IMG/VR virus record: IMGVR_UViG_3300013121_000047
Span: 1-64,000 of that record
Origin: a virus
Lineage: Duplodnaviria > Caudoviricetes
Strand: one strand, 5' to 3'
DNA: 64,000 nt
The notes beneath the pieces were generated by a model. That model worked only from the letters and a program-made list of their open reading frames with translations, did not search any database and was not told the origin of the DNA. This document shows, in pieces, positions 48,971 to 58,162 of this stretch (within the stretch, counting starts at the first letter, position 1; each line of letters opens with the position of its first letter). A program made the translations under genes and the position numbers.

Positions 48971-50105
48971 TTTTATTTTTGAAGAATATGGCGACGATAT
49001 TGGAGGAGGAGGCTATTCAGATTTTTCAGCATATGGTTCAATTGGAGGTGGAGGTGTTGATATTTTTAAAAAAACATTTGTCGACCCATTTTTTGACATT
49101 TTCAAAACAGGTCAATATGCAGTAGAAAAGGCAACATCTTCAATTTTTTATTTTGCAAAAAAATTACTAGTTAATTTTCCAAGATTATTTTCACCTTCTA
49201 AGCCTCTTATATTTGATGAAATTAGAGACCAAGAAAAAGCTGCCTTTGCTAGAATGGACAAACGATATTCAGAAATTTTACAAAGAAATGCTGAAGCTCT
49301 TGAAAATAAAGATTTTAAATTAATTTTATTCTTATTGAATCCTAAAGCTGCTCTTGGTATGAAACTATTACAAAAATCGCCAAAAGCAGCATTCAATATA
49401 TTGAATACTTTTTCTGGTAACAAGTTACAGGACTTGATTTCGGACATTAAATCGGCATATTACGCTCTTCCAGCAGTACAAAGAAGAAATCTGCGTGTTC
49501 AAAAATATATTGAAAAATACAAAGAAGATGACGAAAAAAACAAAAAACATTTGCCAAAATCAACTGTTCCTGATGGTGCTGGTTATATGAGTTACGGAGC
49601 AGATTATCGCTATTCAACAAATAACGGAAACGAGGATTTTGTTCAAGAAAATGCGGAAAATTATGAACCAACAGAAAAAGATTTTCTTGAAGCAGGTTTG
49701 TTGTATTTAGAAAAAAATCCACAGAAAAAAGCGGAATTGTTTGGAGATGTCATAAACCAAATACAACCTATTGGAAATCAATTATTTGAATCGCTAATAG
49801 CTAAATTTCAACAAGTGAAAAACGCATCCTCATTAGAAGATTATTCTAAAATAACTGGTGCTAATTTATCTGTTGCAAAACAAGAAATGGATAAAATTAT
49901 AAACGAAGAGTTACAAAAACAAAAAGACGTTGACAAACAAAAGGTTGCAGATGCATATAAAAAAATGAAATCAATAATTGAACCACAACTTCTTGATTCA
50001 TTAAAATCTGATTATTTTTCTAATTTAAGTCAAACTATTAAACCAATAGTAAGTTCGCTTACCCCAGAACAACAACAAAAAATAAAAGAATTGTTTACAA
50101 AATAA
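48954..50105 (+). CDS. Hypothetical protein with IFE leader
   Basis: Likely start MIKLYNFIFEE at 48954, followed by a Gly-rich linker. Confidence 0.6.
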   Translation: MIKLYNFIFEEYGDDIGGGGYSDFSAYGSIGGGGVDIFKKTFVDPFFDIFKTGQYAVEKATSSIFYFAKKLLVNFPRLFSPSKPLIFDEIRDQEKAAFARMDKRYSEILQRNAEALENKDFKLILFLLNPKAALGMKLLQKSPKAAFNILNTFSGNKLQDLISDIKSAYYALPAVQRRNLRVQKYIEKYKEDDEKNKKHLPKSTVPDGAGYMSYGADYRYSTNNGNEDFVQENAENYEPTEKDFLEAGLLYLEKNPQKKAELFGDVINQIQPIGNQLFESLIAKFQQVKNASSLEDYSKITGANLSVAKQEMDKIINEELQKQKDVDKQKVADAYKKMKSIIEPQLLDSLKSDYFSNLSQTIKPIVSSLTPEQQQKIKELFTK

Positions 50106-50122
50106 TTTTTCTTTCATATTAT
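50094..50122 (+). promoter_or_regulatory. sigma70-like promoter for the groEL operon
   Basis: TTTACA-17nt-TATTAT. Confidence 0.5.
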
Positions 50123-50134
50123 TTGTTCTATAAT

Positions 50135-50404
50135 ATGAAAGAAAACACACAAGGGGTTGATTCACAACCGTCATCTGTAACAGAACTCGAACCATTAGTA
50201 AAAGAATTTATTTCAGAACTAAAGCGTATTGATTCTGAAATTGAAATTTTAACAATTGATCGAAAAGAACTTTTTGAGAAATATTCTGAAAAAATTGATG
50301 TGAAAACGTTAAAGCAAGCAATGCGTGTACAAGCTATTAGAGATAAAGTATCACGAAAAGATACGTTTGATACCTTTGTATCCATATTAGAAGGAGATAT
50401 ATAA
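50135..50404 (+). CDS. GapR/DUF2312/T4 DsbA-like dsDNA-binding protein
   Basis: VKEFISELKRID.EIE.L..DRKE....IDVKTLKQAMRV. Confidence 0.65.
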   Translation: MKENTQGVDSQPSSVTELEPLVKEFISELKRIDSEIEILTIDRKELFEKYSEKIDVKTLKQAMRVQAIRDKVSRKDTFDTFVSILEGDI

Positions 50405-50793
50405 TGCCAAGAAAATTTGATCCAAAAGCTAAAAGAAAAACAATTCCAGAAATACTTTATCAAAGTGATAGTAAAGAAAAAGTTATAAATCCAATTCCTT
50501 ATATTGAAACAGATAAAACAGATCCTATGCCAGTAATGTTATTTGTAGAGGAAGTTTACAACACTGGAGAGGTTGAAGTTGGTGACGACGGCAACCCTTC
50601 TCCAATTTATGAATTTGAAATGCATCAGTTCCTCAACATGAAAGTTCTTAAAGATGTTTTAAATACAAAACAATACGATAAAGTTCGCGTTGCTCTTGGT
50701 ATGGAAACAATGCAAAAAGCAAAAGAAAAAGGAGAAAAAATAATAAGTGCTGTTGAATCAGCCATCGCGAAAAAAGAAGGTGGAATAAATTAA
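50404..50793 (+). CDS. Hypothetical protein
   Basis: Translationally coupled ORF. Confidence 0.55.
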   Translation: MPRKFDPKAKRKTIPEILYQSDSKEKVINPIPYIETDKTDPMPVMLFVEEVYNTGEVEVGDDGNPSPIYEFEMHQFLNMKVLKDVLNTKQYDKVRVALGMETMQKAKEKGEKIISAVESAIAKKEGGIN

Positions 50794-51197
50794 TGAAACT
50801 TCATGTAAATACTGTTGAAACATTGTTGAACATTATCAAAAACCTTGGAGGAAATCAGAATAATGTTAAACTTCACGAAAGGTTATCTGGATTTGCGTTA
50901 AGTGTTTACATTAAAAAAGATGGGACACCTATATTAGTAGAAACTGAAAGATTAATTCAAGAGTTTAGAAACATTGGTCAAATGGAACCAGTTGTAAGTT
51001 ACATGTTTATGCACGAAAGCGCAGTAAACCAAATCATAAAATTCGAAGAATTATATGGAGGTTATGCCAATGAAACAAAAATGAATAATTTATTGTCAAA
51101 TTTGGATTTCACTCCATACGACAGAAAATATTCAAATGATACAGTATTAGTGTTAACAGAACATTATATCAACGCAATTGAAGGAACAAATAAATGA
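50793..51197 (+). CDS. Hypothetical protein
   Basis: Translationally coupled ORF. Confidence 0.55.
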   Translation: MKLHVNTVETLLNIIKNLGGNQNNVKLHERLSGFALSVYIKKDGTPILVETERLIQEFRNIGQMEPVVSYMFMHESAVNQIIKFEELYGGYANETKMNNLLSNLDFTPYDRKYSNDTVLVLTEHYINAIEGTNK

Positions 51198-51655
51198 AAA
51201 ATTTGGAAATTGGTCAAATTTGTTATGTGATAGATGAAGAAAAAGGACCACGGCCAGTGATTGTTGAGGAATTAATTGAACGTAAATCTAAACATGGAAC
51301 AGAACTTTTTTATGTTTTTTTGGCTGGCCCGCCTGGAAATCGTCGCCAAATAACCGAACAAGAACTCGGAAATGTTCCATTTTACGCGACAATTGAAGAA
51401 GTGAAAGAGCATTTGCAAAAATTCGCTATGTCTTGGATAAAAACACAGTGCGAAACCGCAGAAAAGTTAATGCATGACTGGTATCCTGATATTATCAACC
51501 CAACAAAACAACAGAAACAATCTACTGGCAATATTTTTGATGAACTTTCCGAAGTCGCTTCTACAAGTGAAAAAAATAATGTTTCTGAACAAAACGACGC
51601 CCCAGAAATAAAAATAGTGAAACCAAAAGGAAGACCTTCTATAAGGAAAGAATAA
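51194..51655 (+). CDS. Hypothetical protein
   Basis: Translationally coupled ORF. Confidence 0.55.
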   Translation: MKNLEIGQICYVIDEEKGPRPVIVEELIERKSKHGTELFYVFLAGPPGNRRQITEQELGNVPFYATIEEVKEHLQKFAMSWIKTQCETAEKLMHDWYPDIINPTKQQKQSTGNIFDELSEVASTSEKNNVSEQNDAPEIKIVKPKGRPSIRKE

Positions 51656-51658
51656 AAA

Positions 51659-54312
51659 ATGAAAATAACTGATACCTTATTAAACAAAGCTCACCAAGAC
51701 GTTGTGTTTGGAGATAAAGGACAAAAAGAATTATTGAAAGGTGCCGAAATTTTATATCGTGCAGTTAAATCAACAATGGGTCCATCAGGGCGCAATGTTA
51801 TTATCGACAATGGAATTTCTCCGCCTTTTATTACAAAGGACGGGGTTACTGTTGCGAAAAATATTAATTTAAAAAATCATTTACAAAATATTGGCGCAGG
51901 ACTTGTAAAAGAGGTTGCATTAAAAACAAATGAATTAGGTGGAGATGGACCGCAACCACTATACTCAAAAATATTAACCCCAACAGGTTGGAAAACTATG
52001 GGTGATATAAAAATTGGAGATACAATTTGCGGAACTAATAACACTTTTCAAAAAGTTCTTGGTGTATATCCAAAAGGAAAAAAAGAAATCTATAAAATAG
52101 AATTTTCTGGTGGTCAATTTGTAGAGTGCTGCGAAGATCATTTATGGAGTATAGTAACAAATACTGGTAAAAAAAAGACAATTACAACAAAAGAATTATT
52201 TCAGTCTGGTGTTGTTTTTTATAAAAAAATACTAGATGCCATAAATTCTATGTTCCAAATACAAGTGTTGAATTCGCAGAAAAAACAAAACTAAAAATTG
52301 ACCCATATACTTTAGGTGTGTTGCTTGGTGATGGCAGTTTATCTATGGGGAAAACTTCTGTCGAAATTTCAGTAGGTTTAAACGAAGAATATATTCTAAA
52401 CAATCTTATTTTACCAAAAAACAATAAAATCAACAAATCTTTTTATATGAAAAAACATTATATAAAAGGAAAAATAGGTAAAATTAACAAGTATCATAAT
52501 GGAAAAGATATAAAAGATTTTTTACGTGAATTAAATTTATTGGGAACATATAGTCATACAAAATTTATTCCTGATTCATATTTATTTTCTTCAAAAAAAT
52601 CTCGTGAAGCTTTATTAAACGGCTTAATCGATACGGATGGTTATATAAATAACAAAAACCTTTTTGAAATTTCCACAGTAAGTGAACAGTTGAAGAATGA
52701 TATTGTTTTTTTATGTCGTAGTTTAGGAAAACAGGTTTGTGTTACAGAATATGCAAGAAAACCAGGCAGCGCATTTGGAACAAGAAAAATTTATCGAATT
52801 ACTGAGCTTAAAGGTCGAAAATATGGAATTCAAATAAAGTCCATAAAACCAACAGGATCATTTACTGAAATGCAGTGTATTAAAGTAAGTAATTCTGATT
52901 CGTTGTACATTACAGACAATTTCATTCCAACACACAATACAACAACCGCGACTGTTTTGGCCTATCATTTATTTAATAGTGGATATAAATTTTCTGCTGC
53001 GGGACGCAATGCTATCCTTTTAAAAAAGGGTATTGATTGGGCAACTGATGTTGTTATCAAACGGCTAAAAGAAATTTCAACAGAAGTTAGAAACGATGAA
53101 GATATCATCTCTGTTGGAACAATTTCAGCAAATGGTGACAGAGAAATTGGAAAACTTCTTTGCGAGGCTATTAAAAAAGTTGGAGAAGATGGAATTATTA
53201 CTGTTGAAAAAGCTAAAAGTGTCAAAACTACGTTAAGCGTAATTGATGGTTTAAATTTAGATGTTGGTTACATTTCTCCATTTTTCGTAACAAATCAAGA
53301 AAAATTAACTTCAGATTTAGAAAATCCACTCGTATTGGTAACAAATAAAAAGATTTCAACCAAAGAGCAACTTATTCCTGTAATGAAAATTGCCAATGAA
53401 AAATCTAGATCACTTTTAATTATTGCAGATGAAATAGACCAAGAACCACTTCACATGTTATTAACCAATAAAATGCATGGAGCGGTAATTTCTTGTGCTG
53501 TCAAAGCTCCATCTTATGGCGATAACAGAATTGATATATTACATGATATTTGTCTTATAACAGGCGCAACCTGTTTTGATGCTGCGCAGTCAATTCAATT
53601 GGAAAAATTAAAAGAAGAACATCTTGGTTCATGCGAAAAAATAGTTGTTTCTAAAATGTCAACCACTTTTTTTGGACTTGGAGAGTCTGTTAAAAAAGAA
53701 CAAATTGATGAAAGAGTAAAAGAACTCAAGCAAGTTTTATCGATGCCCGTAGAGGGCTTGGATGACTTAAAAAGAAATAATGTTAAAAAACGACTTGCTA
53801 AACTTGCTGGTGGCATTGCTATCATTCACGTTGGCGGCTCAACAGAAGTTGAAATAATAGAGAAAAAAGACAGAGTAGATGATGCCTTAAATGCAACACA
53901 AGCCGCAGTGCAAGAAGGAATATTACCAGGCGGTGGAACTGCTCTTTTTTATTGTTCGGAGTTTTTAAATGAAAAAATTTCAAAAAATGAAGAGGGGTTA
54001 AGTGAAGATGAAATTTTTGGTGCAAAAATTGTTTACGAAACTTGTAAAGCTCCCTTGAAAGTCATTGTTGATAACACAGGAAAAAATCCAGAAGTTGTTA
54101 TGGATCATATTTTAAGAACAACCAATTCCTTAAACTATGGATATAATGCGTTTACTCATACATATGAAAACTTAATAGACAATGGAGTATCTGATCCTGT
54201 TAAAGTAACAAGATATGCCCTTGAATTTGCAAGCTCTGTTGTAGGCTTGATGCTTACTTGTAACTGTGTTATTATGACGCCAGAAGAAGAAAGAAACGAA
54301 ATAGAGGAATAA
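51659..54312 (+). CDS. groEL: Chaperonin GroEL (about 554 aa after splicing) containing an intein; frameshift at 52223-52229
   Basis: TMGPSGRNV, ITKDGVTVAK, GDG|TTTATVLA, ISANGD, GYISPFF, RLAKLAGG, GILPGGG, DPVKVTR. Confidence 0.92.
51950..52938 (+). mobile_element. Class 3 intein with LAGLIDADG endonuclease
   Basis: Pro1 (PQPLYSKILTPTGW), CEDHLW (Trp B12), LGVLLGDG, LNGLIDTDG, MQCIKV (Cys F4), IPTHN|T (Thr G5). Confidence 0.88.
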
Positions 54313-54318
54313 AAAAAT

Positions 54319-54639
54319 ATGGAAAAAGTAGTACTTGGCAGACGCCAATTAGATAAAATTATTTTAGAAAAAATACCAGTATATAGCGCAAGAATGGATG
54401 GAGAAAATGTTTTTGTTGATCAAGGAGGACATGGATTTTTAACAGTTGCTGGAGGTATTGACTCTGGAGAAGTAGGCACAATCGCTGGTTCTCCAATTAA
54501 AGTTTATAAATCAACTTTAAAAATGATAGACAAAAGTGAAGTGATGGCTGGTAGTGAAACTACAAGCGCCTTTCCAGTATATTTGGAAAAATATAGACAA
54601 ACCGTTTGGGTTCCTTCAGATTTTGTTCATATGATTTAA
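54319..54639 (+). CDS. Small hypothetical protein downstream of groEL
   Basis: GAGG RBS, 106 aa, beta-rich. Confidence 0.55.
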   Translation: MEKVVLGRRQLDKIILEKIPVYSARMDGENVFVDQGGHGFLTVAGGIDSGEVGTIAGSPIKVYKSTLKMIDKSEVMAGSETTSAFPVYLEKYRQTVWVPSDFVHMI

Positions 54640-55181
54640 TTTTGATATCTTTGTTTTAAAAGATATATATTGGTTTCATGTGATTCTAAAATTGTACCAA
54701 GAGTTTGTTCTAGTCCTGGTGTAAGTAATTTAACTGTTTTAAGTTGTTCAAATATTAGTGTACAAAGTGCCATAAAAAACAATTCAGCTTGATAACTTGA
54801 TTTTACTGTATTATCGACATTTAACTCTGTTTTAAATTTGTCAATAAATTTTGACAAATGATTCGTCTGTGGAACAAGACAAACAAATTCGGTTGTTGCT
54901 AGTCCAACAATTTTTTCTGCCAACTTATCAATTTCAGCATCAACAGATTCATATAATCTCATAAACAAAAGGTGATCGCCATACGATTTATCACCACTGG
55001 AAATCCAATGATTTTGTTGATGTATTAAAGATACTGCACGAATTGAACTTAACAGAACTGGCAATTCTGCATACTGTGTGTTTCCATACTTTTTCACTTC
55101 TTCTGATAAGAAAACTCTTGCAGAATTTTTGTAATCTTCTTCTGGCGAACCAAAAACAAATTTAGATATTGAAATTGACAT
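54636..55181 (-). CDS. Dps/ferritin-like protein
   Basis: HW...G...GDHLLF.RLY......DKLAEK ferroxidase-site pattern. Confidence 0.75.
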   Translation of the reverse strand: MSISISKFVFGSPEEDYKNSARVFLSEEVKKYGNTQYAELPVLLSSIRAVSLIHQQNHWISSGDKSYGDHLLFMRLYESVDAEIDKLAEKIVGLATTEFVCLVPQTNHLSKFIDKFKTELNVDNTVKSSYQAELFFMALCTLIFEQLKTVKLLTPGLEQTLGTILESHETNIYLLKQRYQN

Positions 55182-55216
55182 AACGATAATTATGTCTTTA
55201 ACTATTTATTATCGCC

Positions 55217-55624
55217 ATGAGTTATTCATATAATAAAGCAGGAGCGGGTCTAGTTTCAGAATTTCAAATTTCTGGTTTACCATTTGTTACATCAAGTACT
55301 GCTGCTGCCGTTTCTGTTTCTTTTCCTTATGTTACACAATGGATTATGGTTAGGTCGAGCGGTTCAGTTATTACAATGGCCTTTACACCATCTGGATTTT
55401 CTACTGGAAACAATTTCCTTATTCCAGCAAACACCACAATTGGTCCACTTCGGTTACGAATAACCGACCTACATTTTAGTGGATCTGGGATGCAAGTTAT
55501 TGGTGGTTTAACTCAAATTGATATAAACAACTACTTTAAACTAGTTTCCACTGGAGCGCTTACAACACTAACTGGTGGATTGGCTGTTACTGATACCAAT
55601 TATTTTGCTTATAGAGGAATTTAA
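55217..55624 (+). CDS. Small beta-rich putative virion protein, copy 1 of 3
   Basis: QISGLPFVT...FPYVTQW...GLT...DTNYFAYRGI. Confidence 0.65.
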   Translation: MSYSYNKAGAGLVSEFQISGLPFVTSSTAAAVSVSFPYVTQWIMVRSSGSVITMAFTPSGFSTGNNFLIPANTTIGPLRLRITDLHFSGSGMQVIGGLTQIDINNYFKLVSTGALTTLTGGLAVTDTNYFAYRGI

Positions 55625-55627
55625 AAC

Positions 55628-56023
55628 ATGAGTGTGTACAAAACAGGGCAATACAATGTGCCAAATTATCAAGTTTCTGGTCTTCCTTTTGTAACTTTTG
55701 CTGGCGGACCTATGGTTATTGAATTTCCTTATCTGACACAGTGGATCTTATTGAGAACAACAACCAGTTTAAGAGTTGGTTTCTCTCAAGGAGCACTAAC
55801 GAATGTTAACGATATTAACGGTTTAAGTACATCGTTCGTTCAAATGATTCCATTAAACGTTAGAATAAAAAAACTTTATGTAACAGGCGGAAGTTGTTAT
55901 GTGCTCGCAGGTTTAACAGGAATTGAAAATGGTTTTGAGCTAATTAACACTGCCTCATTAGCTGCGATTTCAGGTACCACCGATTTGGATTCTACAAATA
56001 TTTTTGCTTATAGAGGTATTTAA
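55628..56023 (+). CDS. Small beta-rich putative virion protein, copy 2 of 3
   Basis: QVSGLPFVT...FPYLTQW...TNIFAYRGI. Confidence 0.65.
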   Translation: MSVYKTGQYNVPNYQVSGLPFVTFAGGPMVIEFPYLTQWILLRTTTSLRVGFSQGALTNVNDINGLSTSFVQMIPLNVRIKKLYVTGGSCYVLAGLTGIENGFELINTASLAAISGTTDLDSTNIFAYRGI

Positions 56024-56027
56024 AAAC

Positions 56028-56456
56028 ATGAGTATAAATCATCCTTTTAGTGGTTATGGATTTACACCAGAATATCAATTATCTGGGCTCCCTTATGTTA
56101 CGGGTGTCTCTCCAACTGACACAAGATTTAAAATTGAATTTCCTTACGTTACCCAGTGGTTTTATTTAAGATTTACGCAAGTTGCCAGATCCGCTTCGAT
56201 ATCATTTGAATCAACAAATGCCTCAACTTTAAACAAAATTAGTTTTGAGGCTTCTTCGGGAAATATGTTTTTTGGTCCATTCTTTTTAAGAATAAAAGAT
56301 CTTAATATAGAACAGACGCATGGAGTTCATGTTATAGCTGGTTTAACTTCAATTCCAAGAGCACGCGCGCCAAGTTTAGTATCTCCAATAAATTCATCTG
56401 TAACGGGTAGTTTATCTGCTGTTGATACAAACTACTTTATTTATAATGGAATTTAA
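56028..56456 (+). CDS. Small beta-rich putative virion protein, copy 3 of 3
   Basis: Start MSINHP at 56028; QLSGLPYVT...FPYVTQW...DTNYFIYNGI. Confidence 0.65.
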   Translation: MSINHPFSGYGFTPEYQLSGLPYVTGVSPTDTRFKIEFPYVTQWFYLRFTQVARSASISFESTNASTLNKISFEASSGNMFFGPFFLRIKDLNIEQTHGVHVIAGLTSIPRARAPSLVSPINSSVTGSLSAVDTNYFIYNGI

Positions 56457-58144
56457 TCTTTCAACAAACAAGAAATCGGAATTCCAAACATTTTTATCCC
56501 AGTAATGTCTTTTTTGTTAGCCAAATCATTTTCCGCATTTTGTCTATTTACCAATTCATTTGAAAGTGAATTTTGGTGCGCATTTATTATGTTTTGATTA
56601 ACTGATTTTGGTTGAATTGACTTTAAAAATATTTCCTCCCAAGAAATTCCATTTTGAGATTGTTTATTTGCACTGAGCCCTGTTGGTTCGTAAACTAGTA
56701 ATGCAAAAGAAAGTGCCATAATGGAGTCATCAAATTTTCCTCTTATTGCTTGTGTCTTTTTGCCATTCCAAATAAAAGTATCTAATTCTTTTGCAAATCT
56801 AATAGAATTAATTCTTAATAACTTATTTCTTAGTACATTTTCAAGTTGGGATAAAAGTTTTTCTCTAATTTTTGGAGAAGTTGTATGACCAGGATAAATA
56901 TTTTCTCTTTCCTCGTCGGTCATTAAATGAAGGTTTTCTGTAATCTTTTCTTCGTAGTAAAGATTTGGATACTTTAGATCTCTTAGTTTTATAGCCGCAG
57001 CAATTCCAATTGAGTTCATTTCATTGATAATTTTTGCAGTGTTATACTTGTATCCGTATTCAACTAAAAGTTCGGCAAATTTATCTGGTGGCATTTTACC
57101 ATAGAACTCTCCAACTTGCTCATCTGTATCCATATCAATTATATGACAGCAAGAATGATCTTCTCCATCTCCACGAGCGATATCGCTTGTAATGATATAT
57201 TTATGATCTTGCTCTGGTAATGTCCAAATCCAAAAATCATTGTTTTTAGCTTCTTCAGAAATCGGCATAGTGATACCAGATTTAATCCATTCAATAGTAT
57301 CCGCATCAAAAAATGTATTTCCAGAACCTTCAAATCCACAACAGTATTCTTTGTCAATTTTTTTAGCATCCATTGACTTAGTTTCATTCTCAAACCATTT
57401 TTCATCTCTATCAGGATGGACTTGCCAAGGCAGTTTTATCGCATGAAAACCATTTATACCAACTTCCTCGCAATGAAGACCAACTCGATCCTTTCTAAGT
57501 TCTCCAGTGTCTGCATTTTTATAAATGTCATAAAACTCATTTTTACCGTTTGGAGAAGAGAAAAGGATTGCGTCGCCGCCAGTTGTAATGGTTGGTCTCG
57601 CAGCTTCCCATATGTCAGAAAATTTCTCGATGTGAGCGCATTCATCAATAATCAATAAGGAACACGCAATACCACGAACGCTTTCTGGTGTTGTTGGTAT
57701 TGCTTCAATTTTTGAACCATTTGTGAACTCGATATATTTAACAGATTCCTTTTCTGTTTCTGTTAATCCTAATAGCCTTTTAATCCAATCTGGAACATCT
57801 TTAAACGCAATTCGAATTTTCTGAATCATATTCTTGGCAGTTTCTAGACGCGTTGCCATTAACCTTATATCTTTGTCCATATGAAACATGGCATACCATA
57901 AACAATATGCCGAAGTAATTGTACTTAGCCCAAGTTGTCTAGATTTAACAACAATATTGTATTTAAATTCCAAAAAGTCATTAATACAATCTTCTTGAAA
58001 TGGATAAAGTTTAAGAGGAATTCTCCCTTTGACTGGGTGCTGTATGTATATATAATTTTTAATAAAGTGAATTGGATCTTCTTTACATCTCTGTAATTCT
58101 TGGAGCTTTAGATTCACCTGAGCTTTTTGCGTATCATTTGCCAT
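56453..58144 (-). CDS. terL: Terminase large subunit (gp17 family)
   Basis: LYPFQ adenine motif, KSRQLGLST Walker A, LLIIDE Walker B, SSPNG, nuclease DIARGDGED...DDSIMA. Confidence 0.95.
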   Translation of the reverse strand: MANDTQKAQVNLKLQELQRCKEDPIHFIKNYIYIQHPVKGRIPLKLYPFQEDCINDFLEFKYNIVVKSRQLGLSTITSAYCLWYAMFHMDKDIRLMATRLETAKNMIQKIRIAFKDVPDWIKRLLGLTETEKESVKYIEFTNGSKIEAIPTTPESVRGIACSLLIIDECAHIEKFSDIWEAARPTITTGGDAILFSSPNGKNEFYDIYKNADTGELRKDRVGLHCEEVGINGFHAIKLPWQVHPDRDEKWFENETKSMDAKKIDKEYCCGFEGSGNTFFDADTIEWIKSGITMPISEEAKNNDFWIWTLPEQDHKYIITSDIARGDGEDHSCCHIIDMDTDEQVGEFYGKMPPDKFAELLVEYGYKYNTAKIINEMNSIGIAAAIKLRDLKYPNLYYEEKITENLHLMTDEERENIYPGHTTSPKIREKLLSQLENVLRNKLLRINSIRFAKELDTFIWNGKKTQAIRGKFDDSIMALSFALLVYEPTGLSANKQSQNGISWEEIFLKSIQPKSVNQNIINAHQNSLSNELVNRQNAENDLANKKDITGIKMFGIPISCLLKD

Positions 58145-58162
58145 GGTATATTTAATAACTCT

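Noticed and set aside
51659-52294. Naturally split intein (two-gene GroEL)
   Set aside because: The -1 frame is continuous from the A7 run, has intein-like sequence before the GTG at 52318 and lacks a clear RBS; a single frameshift explains it better
57930-57960. Inactive terminase because Walker A lacks GKT/S
   Set aside because: A lysine at the start of the loop (KSRQLGLST) is a known deviant Walker A in functional terminases
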